A stretch of DNA of 64,000 bases, from NCBI RefSeq assembly GCF_024521635.1, contig NW_026250427.1:124001-188000 (forward strand), given 5' to 3'. This DNA is from Tricharina praecox (lineage: Eukaryota). The position numbers and the translations under genes were made by a program. The first letter of the stretch is position 1. Each line of letters begins with the position of its first letter. Under the pieces are notes generated by a model, which saw only the letters and a program-made list of their open reading frames with translations, ran no database searches and was not told where the DNA came from. Below are positions 41,346 to 53,400 of the stretch, one piece after another.

Positions 41346-43989
41346 ATGGCCGGACCTCCTCTCGTCAACTTTGGCGAAGAGCTTAAGGTATGCTTCGGGG
41401 AAAGGGATGGGATGCTGTCGCGTGCAACGCCCTCCCGCAACTGTGCACACCCCCGGTTCCGTAAATCCTCATCTAACTGACGTTTCGCCCTTGCGATCGT
41501 TAGGACTCCTTCAAACCCGTCAACACCTGGGTACGCGCACACCTCACCCGTCCACCCCGCAGTTCGTCGCCGACACAACTAATACCTGCGCGTTCCTTCG
41601 CACCATAGGTCGCTAACGGCATCGCATGGCTGGAGGACATACAGGCCTTCTACCGTGAGCGCGCCGTCATCGAGAAGGAGTACGCCGCCAAGATCAATGC
41701 GCTATCGAAACGTTTTTACGATAAGAAGTCGAAGAAGAGCGCGTCCTTGACCGTCGGTGATACGCCCGCGTTGACTCCAGGGTCGCTGGAGAGGTGCGTT
41801 TGTGTGGTGACACCCTGGAAAGGTGCGCGATAGTGGGGCGGGATCAGGGCTGACTTGAGGCCTGTGCGCAGTGCTTCGTTGACGACTTGGACTACGATCC
41901 TTACAACCACCGAGGCTTTGGCGACAGAGCATGATACGTTCTCGACTGCGCTGAATACGCAGGTTGCAGACACGTTGAAAGCTATCGCGACGCGGTATGA
42001 GGACTATAGGAAGCGGTACGAGTCATTGTCGCAGAAGCTATTGGCCGAACGGGATTCCGTCTACGGCGATCTGAAGAAAGCGAAGAACGGTTACGATGTG
42101 GAGTGCAAGGACGTGGAGGAGAAGCGACAGAAGGTCGACAAGAGCTACGACTCGAGTAAGGCGAAAGCGCAACGGTCATACCAGACCGAGCTCGTCGAGA
42201 TGAGCAACGTCAAGGTGAGCACGTGGATTCGAGGTGTGGAACCCGACTGGAGCTGATGACGGGCACAGAATACATATCTCCTCCAGGTCGAGGTCGCAAA
42301 CCGACACAAGCAGCGTTTCTACCATGAAGACTTGCCCGAAATCATCAACGTACTACACCCACCTACCTGATGCACGAGTGACACTGCGGCTAACTACAGG
42401 AAGTCGCTTCAAGACCTCAACGAGACACGAGTTGCGAAACTCAATTCCCTTTGGACACTGAGCAGCAACCTCGAGACGACTTGTCATCAGAACTCGATTA
42501 CCTACCTCACTACCCAAGCCTCGGAGATTGCGCGCAATCTTCCAGTACTTGACTCTGGCATGTTCTTGAAGCATAACATCGCCGGATGGATGGAGCCAAC
42601 GGACTTTGTATTCGAGGCCAGCCCCATCTGGCATGACAATCCCGACATGGTAGTTGACGACGCTGCTCAGGTTTACCTCCGGAATATGTTGCAAAAAAGC
42701 CGGAAGGGAATGGAGGGCCTGAAGACGGAGGTCAATAAACGCAGCAAGGAAATTGAGAAACTTTCCGGTCAGTGGGACGCCGTCAAGATGGACGAGAGTC
42801 AAGCGCAAAAGGAAGTTGATGTTGTTCGCGTATGTCCATAATTTCTTGAAGTTGGTGTTTGCCTGTGGACTGACATTTCTAGGGACTGCTTTACTCGCGA
42901 GAAGAGATTTTACCTCATGCGTCTAAGCTCCTTACTTGCCAGGTTGAAATTGATATCATTGTCAATACCGTCGGAGATGTCGCCCGCGGCATCCAGTCCC
43001 ATACGTTCAAAGCCACGACTTTCAAGATTCCTACCAATTGCGATCTCTGCGGCGAACGAATCTGGGGACTTACCTCCAAGGGCGCGACATGTACTGACTG
43101 TGGCTATTCTTGCCACTCGAAGTGTGAAATGAAAGTGCCGGCAGCCTGTCCCGGTGTTCTGGACAAGGCGGCCAAGAAGGCGCTGCGAGGAGAGAAGAAG
43201 GCAGCATCATCAGCCATGAAAAACGGCGGAGGAAGCGAAACTGATCTGTCCGGTAGCGGCAGTCTAACGAGATCCAACACGGTTGCCTCCGTGAGCTCGA
43301 ATTTGACGGTAGCAGGAAATCGACTGGGAACCAAGTCGGGGAGAAGTCCCTCGATTTCCGCTGCCTCCATGGTATCTGTCGCTTCTACCTCCTCCTCTCC
43401 CCCCGATACCGCCCCTGCCGTCCCACGTATGGCCGCGCCCATCATGGCACCACCCCCAGCCCGCCGAGTTCTCGCTCCTCCGCCGGACCGGTACGTCGCC
43501 CCGCCTCCCGCAGAACTCGACGCAGATGATTCACCTCCCGTCACACCTACAAGCTCCATACACACCGGCGAAGCACACGATACGGGGAAAATGTTGTACA
43601 CCTTCGCAGCCGACGGCGAGAACGAGCTGCGCGTATCCGAAGGTGTCATTGTCACCATCCTCGAAGACGACGGCAGCTGGATGACAGTCCGTCGTCCAGA
43701 CGGCAGTGAAGGCCTCGTTCCAACCTCATACGTCGAGAAGATCATCGTGGCCCCTCCTACACCAAAGGTTGGAAAGCGTGGTCCGCCACCACCAGTCAGA
43801 CCTCGCGGCGTGAAGAAGGAAAAGAAGGTCCGCGCACTGTTTGAATACTCGCCCAGGGGAGAGGATGAGGTCGCTATGCACGTGGGCGAGGAGTTTATTG
43901 TGCTTGAAAGGGATGTCGGAGGCTGGGTTAAGGTTAAATGCCCTGATGGAGAGGGGTTGGTGCCCGGAACGTATGTTGAAGACGTGTAA
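41346..43989 (+). CDS. BZZ1: Bzz1: F-BAR, C1 zinc finger and two SH3 domains; endocytic actin regulator (about 736 aa, 7 exons)
   Basis: Exons 41346-41387, 41504-41530, 41609-41793, 41872-42214, 42269-42349, 42404-42829, 42883-43989; phase-consistent GT-AG. FCH motif WLEDIQAFYRERAVIEKEY; C1 HTFKATTFKIPTNCDLCGERIWG...CTDCGYSCHSKC; SH3 domains ending EGLVPTSYVE and EGLVPGTYVE. Confidence 0.93.
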
Positions 43990-44542
43990 ATTGATTGTGG
44001 ACTCTTTGTATTGCTTGGTTTTGTTAGGGTGTTCCGTTGCTGCGATGCGTATTTGGTTTGTAGGCTACCCGGTACGAAACGTGATCTTCATTACAGTAGA
44101 GGCTTTGCGTCGAGACGCAAAAAACAGGCTGTGCACGAGCTATCGTGGCGTCCTTCTTCGACATCAAAGAGAATTGGAGTACCGTTATGCTCAGGTTGTT
44201 CATAGGATATTGCTTGGAAACCAAAAAAAAGAGGATACCCCCCATGAGGACCAGAAGGATACGCTGGTTAAATATATTTCGAGATGGAAATTGGTTATTA
44301 CCATGTTCGTAGGATATTGTCCAAAGCAAAAAGATTTCCAAGACCGACGTTCCAAAACAGGTTTACCTGACGTAAAACTAATGAACTTGTGATATGACTA
44401 GGTTTACCGTAATAAAGTCAGGAAAGTATCAACTTTTTACAAGCTTCGGAGGCATGGGATGCTTGATGAGGTTTCTGATGATTGCTTGAACTTTGTCTTT
44501 CGGTAACCCTACCGAGGGCAGCAACCTCGCTGCGACTTTTAG

Positions 44543-44976
44543 GGTCCGTTTGGATGGCCTCAGTTTTCAGTTCCAGTTTTAGAGCGAAATTCAGTTCCCC
44601 GCCGGGACACCGAATACTGTCCAGTTTCAGTTTCCGGAGAACTGTGAGGTGAGGTGAACAGGGTGTTTGGCAGTTCTCAGATAACTCAGCCATAAGTCTG
44701 AATAATAGGCTTCACAAAACTTTAATAGTGGACATATCGTGGCCCTGCTTTTTTCTCTTCCCGTAAAGGGAGTCCATGGTTGAAATTAAAATGCGATACT
44801 GAGTGGCGGCAAAGAAATGACCTCTCGAGATCAGTACCAGTTTCGTCGCTGGAGCCGCACAGTTTCAGTTTTTTTTTTAAAGTTTTTGTGCCATCCAAAC
44901 GAGGTCTCAGTTTTGTTTCCTCAGTTTTTCGAAAAACTGAAAGTTTTCGCTAAAAGTGAGGCCATCCAAACGGGAC
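44543..44976. mobile_element. MITE, PIF/Harbinger (Tourist)-like, 434 bp
   Basis: Terminal inverted repeats ggtccgtttggatggcctcagtttt (44543-44567) and aaaagtgaggccatccaaacgggac (44952-44976). TAG on both flanks (3-bp duplication). No coding capacity; internal cagttt/aaactg sub-repeats. Confidence 0.75.
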
Positions 44977-45253
44977 TAGGTATTAGAGAGTCAACAACAT
45001 CGTTGAGCCTCTAGGAGGTTTTCCGACGATCAACCTCAATCTAGGGGGCGCATCGCCTCTGGAAATGTTCAGTCGCGATACAATTACTAATTGGAACTCG
45101 CAGTCGAGTAGTGCTCACAACACTAGAAGTTGACGTCACGTGAAGTCTCTTAATGAACTACGGACTTTATTCGCTACAAAAACCATCCCCATACCTCCAT
45201 ACTTGAACACTGTCTTCTCCATTTCCGCTACGAAAACTCCAACATCTATCTTT

Positions 45254-45587
45254 TGTTACTTGTCTATTGTCTGCCACCCGCCCACCATTAGGCATGAGAG
45301 GAGCGATATGTAGATAGATAGGGGGAGGAGATCATGGACGATGGATGAGATAAGATAGAAGGAGTGGCTAGCCGGATCGGGTGGTCTCGAACGGTGGAGA
45401 GCAGTCTGTAGCAGCAGGGGAGAGCCATACATAATATGGCTCTTCGAAGTTGAATACAACTTTAACTTTTTCATCATTCTTCAATTCACCGTTCGTTTGG
45501 TCGTACTACGTGATTGTCCCTCTACTATTTAGTACAATCATCTAGTATCAATTCTATTGCCCCTCAATCAGTGATTAAGAAATTCAC
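45254..45587 (+). mobile_element. Possible solo LTR
   Basis: Begins TGTTAC and ends TTCACA, with a purine-rich first half, a gaatacaa motif and a pyrimidine-rich tail. No target-site duplication found. Confidence 0.25.
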
Positions 45588-45856
45588 AATCCGGATCGTT
45601 GCGGCTGAACTGCAGCTGAACTGCAGCTCAACTGCGGCTGAAAACGCACATGGTGGGGATGGTGCTATTGCCGATTGGCTCCTTGAAGTTGTCACCGCCA
45701 CGATGGTTTTCTGCATGGCTTGTAGCTGCGGGGGCTATCGTGAGGCGTCATCTCGAGCTCCACTACCGGTCGCAGGCCTGACGAACGTCATCGGCCATTA
45801 CCCAAACCTTCACCGACCAACAACCCAGCAGCCACGATTGGCTTAGTTTGTACTTG

Positions 45857-48800
45857 ATGGATCCTCTCTCAGTTACAGCGTCGGTTGCCGGGTTGCTGCA
45901 GGCCGCGGCCAAGGTCATCGGGTTTCTTTCCAGCGCGGCCGACGCTCCCAGCACGGTACGTAACGTGCTCACTGAAGTCCAAGCGCTGAATGGGATCTTT
46001 CATCAACTGTCGGACTTCATTAATCATTTCGACGAACAAAGCATGGCTCAGAAATCTAAGATCTCGGTCGAACATCTAGTAATCACTTTGACTGGCTGCG
46101 TATGTACCTTCTCTGAACTCGACGCGGAGCTCGAAAACCTCAAGACCGACGAGGTCACCGGCCCAAAGTCTGGGCTGGGGGCCTAGGATAGGGTGAAGTG
46201 GGCCGCGAAAGAGCAGGATATCGCAAAGATACTACGGAATCTGCAAATGCACAAGTCATCTCTGACTCTGATACTGTCTTTTTATACAAGGTCGGTCCCA
46301 CATTTTGTCTTGACTCTTCTTTATATGTACCATGCTCCACCGCCAGAGGTATCCGTACTGAGCAGTCACTGATGCTGGAGTTCAGTGCGTCGATACAGCA
46401 GATACAACACGAAATGGTGGAACTGAAGCAGCTCTTGACATTGGAGTTGCGCACGGATCCAGAACTTGCTCATCGTCTGGCCATGGTCACTTCACCGGGG
46501 CGTATTGACGATGGGTCCTCAATCCGCTCGAAAACGTCGATCCTCTCAACAGAAACCGAAAGATGCTTCCGGGGATTCGCAATCGCCTACGAGAAGGCTC
46601 TAGTTGAAACCCGTGTGTATAAAAAGGCGTCCAGAAATTCATCAACTGGCTCCTTTAAGAGCATCCAAACGGCGGATTCTAATTGGTCTTAGCTCACGGA
46701 GCTGAGCATGGCGCAGATTTCGAACGTATCAATCATCCGCCTTCCCGTATATATTTTCGAGCTAAGTAACGGGTATATGTACCAGCAGGATAAGCGGAAG
46801 CCTGGTGGTAGTGCCACCAGCGGGTGGCTCTCTGTGGCACAACTCCAACGGCTGCGTCAGGGAGGCATCAGAATCAGTACCACAGTTCGGCATCGATTGA
46901 CACCAACGAGCGAAAGAGGCTCGCTGTTACTTGCCGCAGCTGCGAAGGGCCACACCATCGCTGTCCAATGACTTGTAAACACCAAAGGCGTCGACAAGGA
47001 ATTGCGGGGCGTAGGGGGTTATACGGCCTTGCACTGTGCCGCCCTGGGTGGACACAATGATACAGTGCAGCTACTGCTCGACCGCGGCGCCACCATGGCA
47101 GCCAAGAATGAAAACGACTTCACACATCTGCACTGCGCGGCACATGGAGGGCATGGTGCTACAGTGCAGCTACTGCCGAGTTGCGGGGCCCAAATCGAGG
47201 CGAAGACCAAGGGTGATCGGACCGTGCTGCATTACGTGGTTGACCGCTCATGGGAAATGGCGCCCTCGCAATTCTATCGCTGTGTCGATGTCGAAGAAAG
47301 GACCAAGCACGGTCGTATGGCGCGGCACTCCTTGACCCACGACGGGAATGAAATAGTGCAGCTGCTGCTTGATCGCGGTGCTGACATCAATGCCGGGGCC
47401 AACAACGGTTTGACTGCGCTGCATCACGCGGTCCTGTATTCTTACAACGACACTATGCTGCTGCTGCTTGACCGCGGCGCCGACATCGAAGCCAAGGACA
47501 ATCGGGATCAGACAGCGCTGCACACCGCCGCCTGGCACGGGCATACACCTACAGTGCAGTTGTTGCTTGATCATGGTGCCAACATCAATGCTAGGGCCAA
47601 CGATGGCGGCACGGCGCCGCACTATGCGGCCCTATATTCGTACAGCGATACAACACAGCTGCTGCTCACTCGTGGTGGTGAAGTTGATGCCAAGGATAAC
47701 GACGGTCTGACGGCCCTGCATATCGTCGTGACAAACACGAACTCGCATGGAATTGCGAATAAGCTGCTAGCTTTTGGAGCAACCACGCAGGCAAAGACGG
47801 AGGATGGCCGTACCGCGTTGCAAATCGCGGTCCAGTCCGGATGGAACAACGGGGTGAAGACGCTACTCGACCATGGCGCCAATATCGGGGGCACGGACGA
47901 GAGCGGTTCGCCGCTGCTCCACCTTGCTGTCCGGAGTCGGTGCGAGGAAACGCCACCGTTGCTACTTGAGCAGGGCGCTGATGTCGAAGCCAGAGATAAC
48001 GACGGGCGAACTGTGCTGCATATCGCGATCCAGTGCGGATGGGGAACCGGGGTACGGATGCTACTCGCCCAAGGTGCCAACATCGAGGCCAAGGAAGATA
48101 CCGGCTCGCCGCTGCTGCATCTCGCTGCCAATACTGGGTGAGAGCTAATGTTGCCGCTGCTGCTTGAATGTGGAGCAGATGTCCAGGCCAAAGACAAGGA
48201 CGGTCAGACTGTGCTGCATATCGCAATCCAGTGCGGATGGCGACTTAGGGCGCAGATGCTACTCGAACACGGCTTCCATATCGGGGCAAGGGATGCCAAC
48301 GGTTCCACGCCGCTTCACCTCGCTGCTCGTAAAGGATCGGATGGAATCATTTCTATGCTGCTTGACCGCGGAGCGTACATCAACGCCAAGGATAAGAGAG
48401 GTCGCACTGCGCTCCATGTCACGACTGAGGAAGACTAATAAGAGACGATCGTGGTATTACTTAGTCGTGGTGCCATCATTGACGCCAAGGATGACGACGG
48501 TTCGCCGCAGCTTCACCTCGTCGTCCGGAATCAGCAGGATGGAGTGATGTTGCTGCTGTTTGACCACGGTGCGGACATACAGGCCCAGGATACCAGAGGC
48601 CGGACTGCGCTGCATAGTGCGGCCCAGTGCGGATGGTATCAGATGGCGCTGATATTACTCGACCATGGCGCTGACATCCAGGCCGAGGACGCGACCGGTT
48701 CACCGCCGCTTCACATGGCTGCCCAATGTGGGTGGGATAGGGTAATGTCGTTGATGCTGGATCGCGGTGCGGATGTGCGTGCCACATATAAGGACGGCCA

Positions 48801-48880
48801 GACGGCGCGGCAATTCGCCAAATTCAACCGGCACGAGCTTGCGCCGCTAGTACATCTCCGTGGTGGAGTGAGGTCAGCCA
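45857..48880 (+). pseudogene. HeLo-like N-terminal (fungal STAND N-terminal) domain plus about 17-19 ankyrin repeats, inactivated by six in-frame stops
   Basis: Starts MDPLSVTASVAGLLQAAAKV, continues ...GA*DRVKWAAKEQDIAKILRNLQMHKSSLTLIL; one intron 46291-46346; then repeated G.TALH.A...G....V.LLLD.GADI.A.D units. Stops at 46184 TAG, 46690 TAG, 46969 TGA, 48139 TGA, 48436 TAA and 48439 TAA, with the frame unchanged across each. The 3' end is uncertain. Confidence 0.88.
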
Positions 48881-48881
48881 A

Positions 48882-49379
48882 TGTGAGGTACCCGTCGCCA
48901 CTACTACAGTCGTCACTGCTCCGACTGTCACTAGTACGGAGGAGCGACGGCGGGAAAGGAATTAGCGATGTTGAGCGGGCGAGGAGGAGCGACAGATCTC
49001 TTGGACTTGTTGTTGTCTGGGGAGTGGGCGGAAGTCTTGAATTGTGACGATAGAAGAGAGAGTGTGTGAGTGAGAAGGCATGAGTGAGAGTTGCAACTGG
49101 AGTCTTCTTGTATTGACTGACTGACTGAAGAGAAGAGAAAGAAAAACACGAGAGAAATTCCAATCTTTGTATAAAAAATGATGCATATATATCAGTATGT
49201 CAGTAAAGTTCCCCACGACCATGTATCAGCACTCGGTGGATTTCCTTCGCCGCCGTGGCGGCACACCGGTGCCCCGTCCATATCACCCATTCTCCTGGTG
49301 GAGGTTGGGAATTCGACCAGCGGGCACGTCTGTCTTTCAAGCAACTAGCCTTACCACGTCATATCTCCCACTGATCACA
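48882..49379 (-). mobile_element. Probable solo LTR (~500 bp)
   Basis: TGTGA...TCACA termini. On the minus strand, TATATA (about 49186-49192) is followed by a CT-rich tract and caatacaag. Flanks GCCAA and ACTCG do not form a TSD. Confidence 0.4.
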
Positions 49380-49501
49380 ACTCGGAGTCCAGCAACGATA
49401 ACGAATGTGAAAACGCAATCGTAAACGAGACATATGCTGAAGAGTTAAGCTCAGACCTTCCTGTTGACGCTCGTGTGTCTGCGAAGCTTCAACTCCGACT
49501 G

Positions 49502-49711
49502 TGTCACGGCTCGCGACGGAATGACGAAGGGAGGGTCGGCGCAAGGATCGGGAGAGTTGGGAGGCAGTGCACAGGCATTGCACCGGCAGTGCAAGGATGA
49601 GTCGCAGAGGATTGGGGGCTGTGTGCAGGGAGCAGGGATAGCGCAGTAATGAGTGGCAGGGGATTGGGGCTGTGTGCAGGAAGCAGGGGTGTTGCGGCTG
49701 CGCAGGGTATG
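49502..49711. mobile_element. Partial LTR-like sequence interrupted by LTR A
   Basis: Starts TGTCACGG (a common Gypsy LTR terminus), contains an internal repeat gattgggg(g)ctgtgtgcagg and is cut abruptly by LTR A at 49712. Confidence 0.4.
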
Positions 49712-50452
49712 TGTGAGACTGGAACGATTTCGGTCGTAGGAGTCGATTGATAGAATAGGATAAGAATGAAAATAGATAGTATTCTTTCTTTCACAAACGG
49801 AATAATCTTAAGGGGTAGTGTCGATGGTTTTCTGGTTGCTGATTCTGATGATGAATCTTTCGCCGTGTCGTCGGAAGTCTATATAGTTGGGTGATTTGGT
49901 CGAGTCACGTGCCAGCCGTTGCCGTAGCTTGCTGCCGGATTGAAAACCCTGGCGTGAAATCTCCGCACTTGGTGCGGAGACTTTCTCCGCCATGTCATCC
50001 GAGTCGTCGTAAGCCTTCAGGATGGTTTATACAAACTAGGCAGGTATGGCGCACCAATCCTTACCCGAGCATAGTCCAGTTTCAGCTATCTCTTCGCTGG
50101 GCAACGGCTGCGCCTTTCGGCACGGCTCTTATTTGCTTAAGACGCGAGAAGAGGGGCAACACTCGTCATAGTGGTTTGTCTCCAATCAGAGTTTTCTCTG
50201 CGCTTGTTTCGCAATTTGCCTGCCTCAAGTCAAGCATGACTGTATCGGACTTTTCGTGCGTATCGCTGCGCCTCTGATCCCACCTAGACTCTGGTCCCGT
50301 TTGCTTCCTTCCTTCCTATCTCGTCTCTGACTAGCTACGACTAATCTAAAAGGTTCCCTCCTGTTCCCCGATCTATCTAACTATTTTTCCCGAACTCCCG
50401 TTGGTAAGAAGCCGGACCCTGAAGCCGGGCCGACTGCGACCAGGGTATCACA
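49712..50452 (-). repeat. LTR A (3' LTR of family-1 chromovirus, 741 bp)
   Basis: TGTGAGAC...GTATCACA; near-identical to 55467-56205 and 58674-59412. Adjacent minus-strand polypurine tract ggagaggggagatgg at 50453-50467. Confidence 0.95.
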
Positions 50453-53400
50453 CCATCTCCCCTCTCCGACGCTTTCGTCCCGAAGCGTGCGGAGTTCTAT
50501 CTAGTCTTTGTACGGTGAATGCAGTCTTCCAACCCCTGCATCCCACTATCGCTCGACTCAGGAGAAAAACCCAGTGGGAAAAAAAACTCTCAGTCTACTG
50601 TGAGCCGATAGTCCCTCGGGGCGTCCGGATTCTTGCGGTGGAATCCCCGCAGTTTCTCCGGACCACCTACTGAAAAGTTGTCAAAAGGCTCATGAGTCCA
50701 ATCCCGTTTGCTGGGATAGTTGAGCCATCTCACGGGGTAGAGTACGTGCCGTCCTTTCTGGGTGCTACCCATAACTTCCTCGACATCGTATTCCTCATTG
50801 CTCTCGACGTCATCCGCTTCCCGGAGTATTTTCGACGGGTCGGAGGGATCTCGGTTGCCTGCTCGGTAGGGTTCGACAAGCGAGACATGGAAGACATTGT
50901 GTATCTTCCATTTTCGCGGTAGCGTGAGCTTGACGGCGAGGGGGGAAACGATCTTCTCGATTTGGAACGGGCCATGATTTTTGTGGTCCAGTTTCCTCGA
51001 AGGGCGGCGGGTTTGTATATTCCGTCCGCTGAGCATTACCAGGTCTCCTACCTGATAAGCGGGGGCCTCTTGGCGACGTTGGTCGGCGTAGCGGCGCATG
51101 CGTTCCTGTGCTTGTTCAAGCGACTTGATGGTCTCCTCGTGCACAGTCTGCATCCAGTGCGCATAGACCGTGCTGGCGGGGTTGAGGGGGTTCGTCGCAG
51201 CAGGTCCGCTAGCTGTTGGGTGGAATCCGTAGTTCGCGTAGAACGGCGAGAATCCAGTAGCCGTGGTGACCGAGTTGTTGTAGGCAAACTCAGCCATGGG
51301 GAGGAGGCTAACCCAGTCGTCTTGGTCTTTGTTGACGAAGGAGCGGAGGTATGCTTCAATCGTCTGGTTGAGGCGTTCTGTTTGCCCGTCTGTTTGGGGG
51401 TGAAACGCCGTAGACATCCTTGCCTTGATGCCTAAAAGCTTCATAAATTCCTTCCACGTATCCGACGTGAAGCGGGAATCTCTGTCCGATACAATATCCG
51501 AGGGTAGGCCGTGGAAGCGCCAGATTTCGCGGGCAAAGATTTTCGCGAGGTCGCTGGCTGTCTTGCCGTCCTTTCGTAGGGGAATGAAATGAGCCATCTT
51601 GGTGAATCGGTCGATGACTACCCAGAGTTGGTCGCACTCCTCGGACTCGGGTAGATCGGTTATGAAGTCCATAGCGATGGATTGCCATGGAGCGTAAGGC
51701 AGTTCGAGGGGGTTTAGGAGTCCATAGGGTTGGTGTCGCGCTGTCTTGTTTTTTTGACATTCAGGACAGCCACGCACGAAGTCGATGATGGCTTCGTCCA
51801 TTTTTGGCCACCAAAAGTTGCGTCGAATCAACTCGATCGTCTTGTCCTGGCCCATATGGCCGGCGACTTTGGTATCGTGCTCTGACTCCAGGATCTGCTG
51901 GATCAGGCCTTTGTTGTTCGGTATCCACAAGTTCTCCTTCCGGTACACACATCCATCTTCCACCCTCAGTATCCCGGCCTTTCGGCTCATCCGTTCAGAG
52001 TCTCTGCTCCGAACGGCATCCTCCTTGACCTTGCGGTCGTTCGGCATGGAATTCCCACGTGCCGCTACCTCCTTACCCTTTCCGGTATTCGGCTCCTGTT
52101 CCTCAGAAGCCGCTTCACCAACGCTTTTGAGAGCTTTCTCCCACTCAGCGTCACATCCTCCCTTCTCGCGCACCAACTCCAAAAACTCCAAAGACCATTT
52201 CCGTGTTGGGGTAGAGGTTAGCCGTACCGACGAGATCAGAAACGAGGTACCGTGTCCAGCCGTGCTGATCGAAGAGACATTGTTCTTTCCTGCAAAGTGT
52301 TTTCCGTGCAGGATCGTCGTGATTGGTTGATCCTCACCCCCCCCTTTTTCAGGGCGGTATTCCGGGCGCCGGGAAAGAGCATCAGGTTTTCCATTCTGGT
52401 TTCCGGGTCGGTAGTAGATCTTGAAATCGATGCCGGCGATCTCCTGTGCCCATCGTGCCTGGCGTCGATTGAGTACTTTTGTGGTTGTGAAGTACTCGAG
52501 GTTCTGGTGGTCGCTAAAGAGTTGCACTTGGTGCTGTGCCCCTTCGAGGTATCGTCTCCAGTGCTTGAAAGCGTCGACAATGGCGAGTAGCTCTTTGTCG
52601 TGGATTTCGTAGTTGATTTCCGCGGGAGAGAATTTCCTTGAATGGTAGGCGACAGGGTGCAGTCTTCCTTCTTCATACTTCTGGGATAGGACGGCACCAA
52701 GGGCAAAATCCGATGCGTCTGTTTCAACGATAACTGGTTCATTGGGTTAAAAGTGGGCCAGTATCGGAGCGGTAGTGAAGCGTTTCTTCAGATCGTCAAA
52801 GCATTTCTGCATCTCGGGCGTCCATTGCCAATCCTTCTTATCACCTTTCGTAGACTCCGTCAACGGGCGCGCGACCCTCGAGTAGTCCTTGATAAAGCGG
52901 CGATAGAAGTTAGCGAAGCCCAGAAAGGATTGAACGTCTCGCAGGGACCGGGGTACTTCCCACTCAAGCACACTTTCCACTTTGTCCCCTGCCATCTTGA
53001 TTCCTTCTCGGCTGACTATGTAGCCGAGGAATTCCACCTCATGCTTCCTCCACTCGCATTTTTCCGCTGATACGGCCAGTTTGTTAGCCATCAGACGTCG
53101 CAGGACGTCTTTGACTATTTCATCATGCTCCGCCGTGGTAGAGGCGTAGATGAGAAGGTCGTCAATATAGGCAACGAGGCCGAGATCAATCATATCCCGG
53201 AAGATATGATTAATCATGTCCTGGAAGGTAGCAGGTGCGTTGGACAGTCCAAACGGCCTAACGAGAAATTCGTAGAGGCCATAACGTGTTTGGAATGCTG
53301 TCTTCCACTCGTCCCCTTCTTTGATGCGTACCAGGTGATACTCATTCTTCAGGTCAATCTTGGTGAAGAACTGTGCTCCACGGATCCTGTCTTGTAGTTC

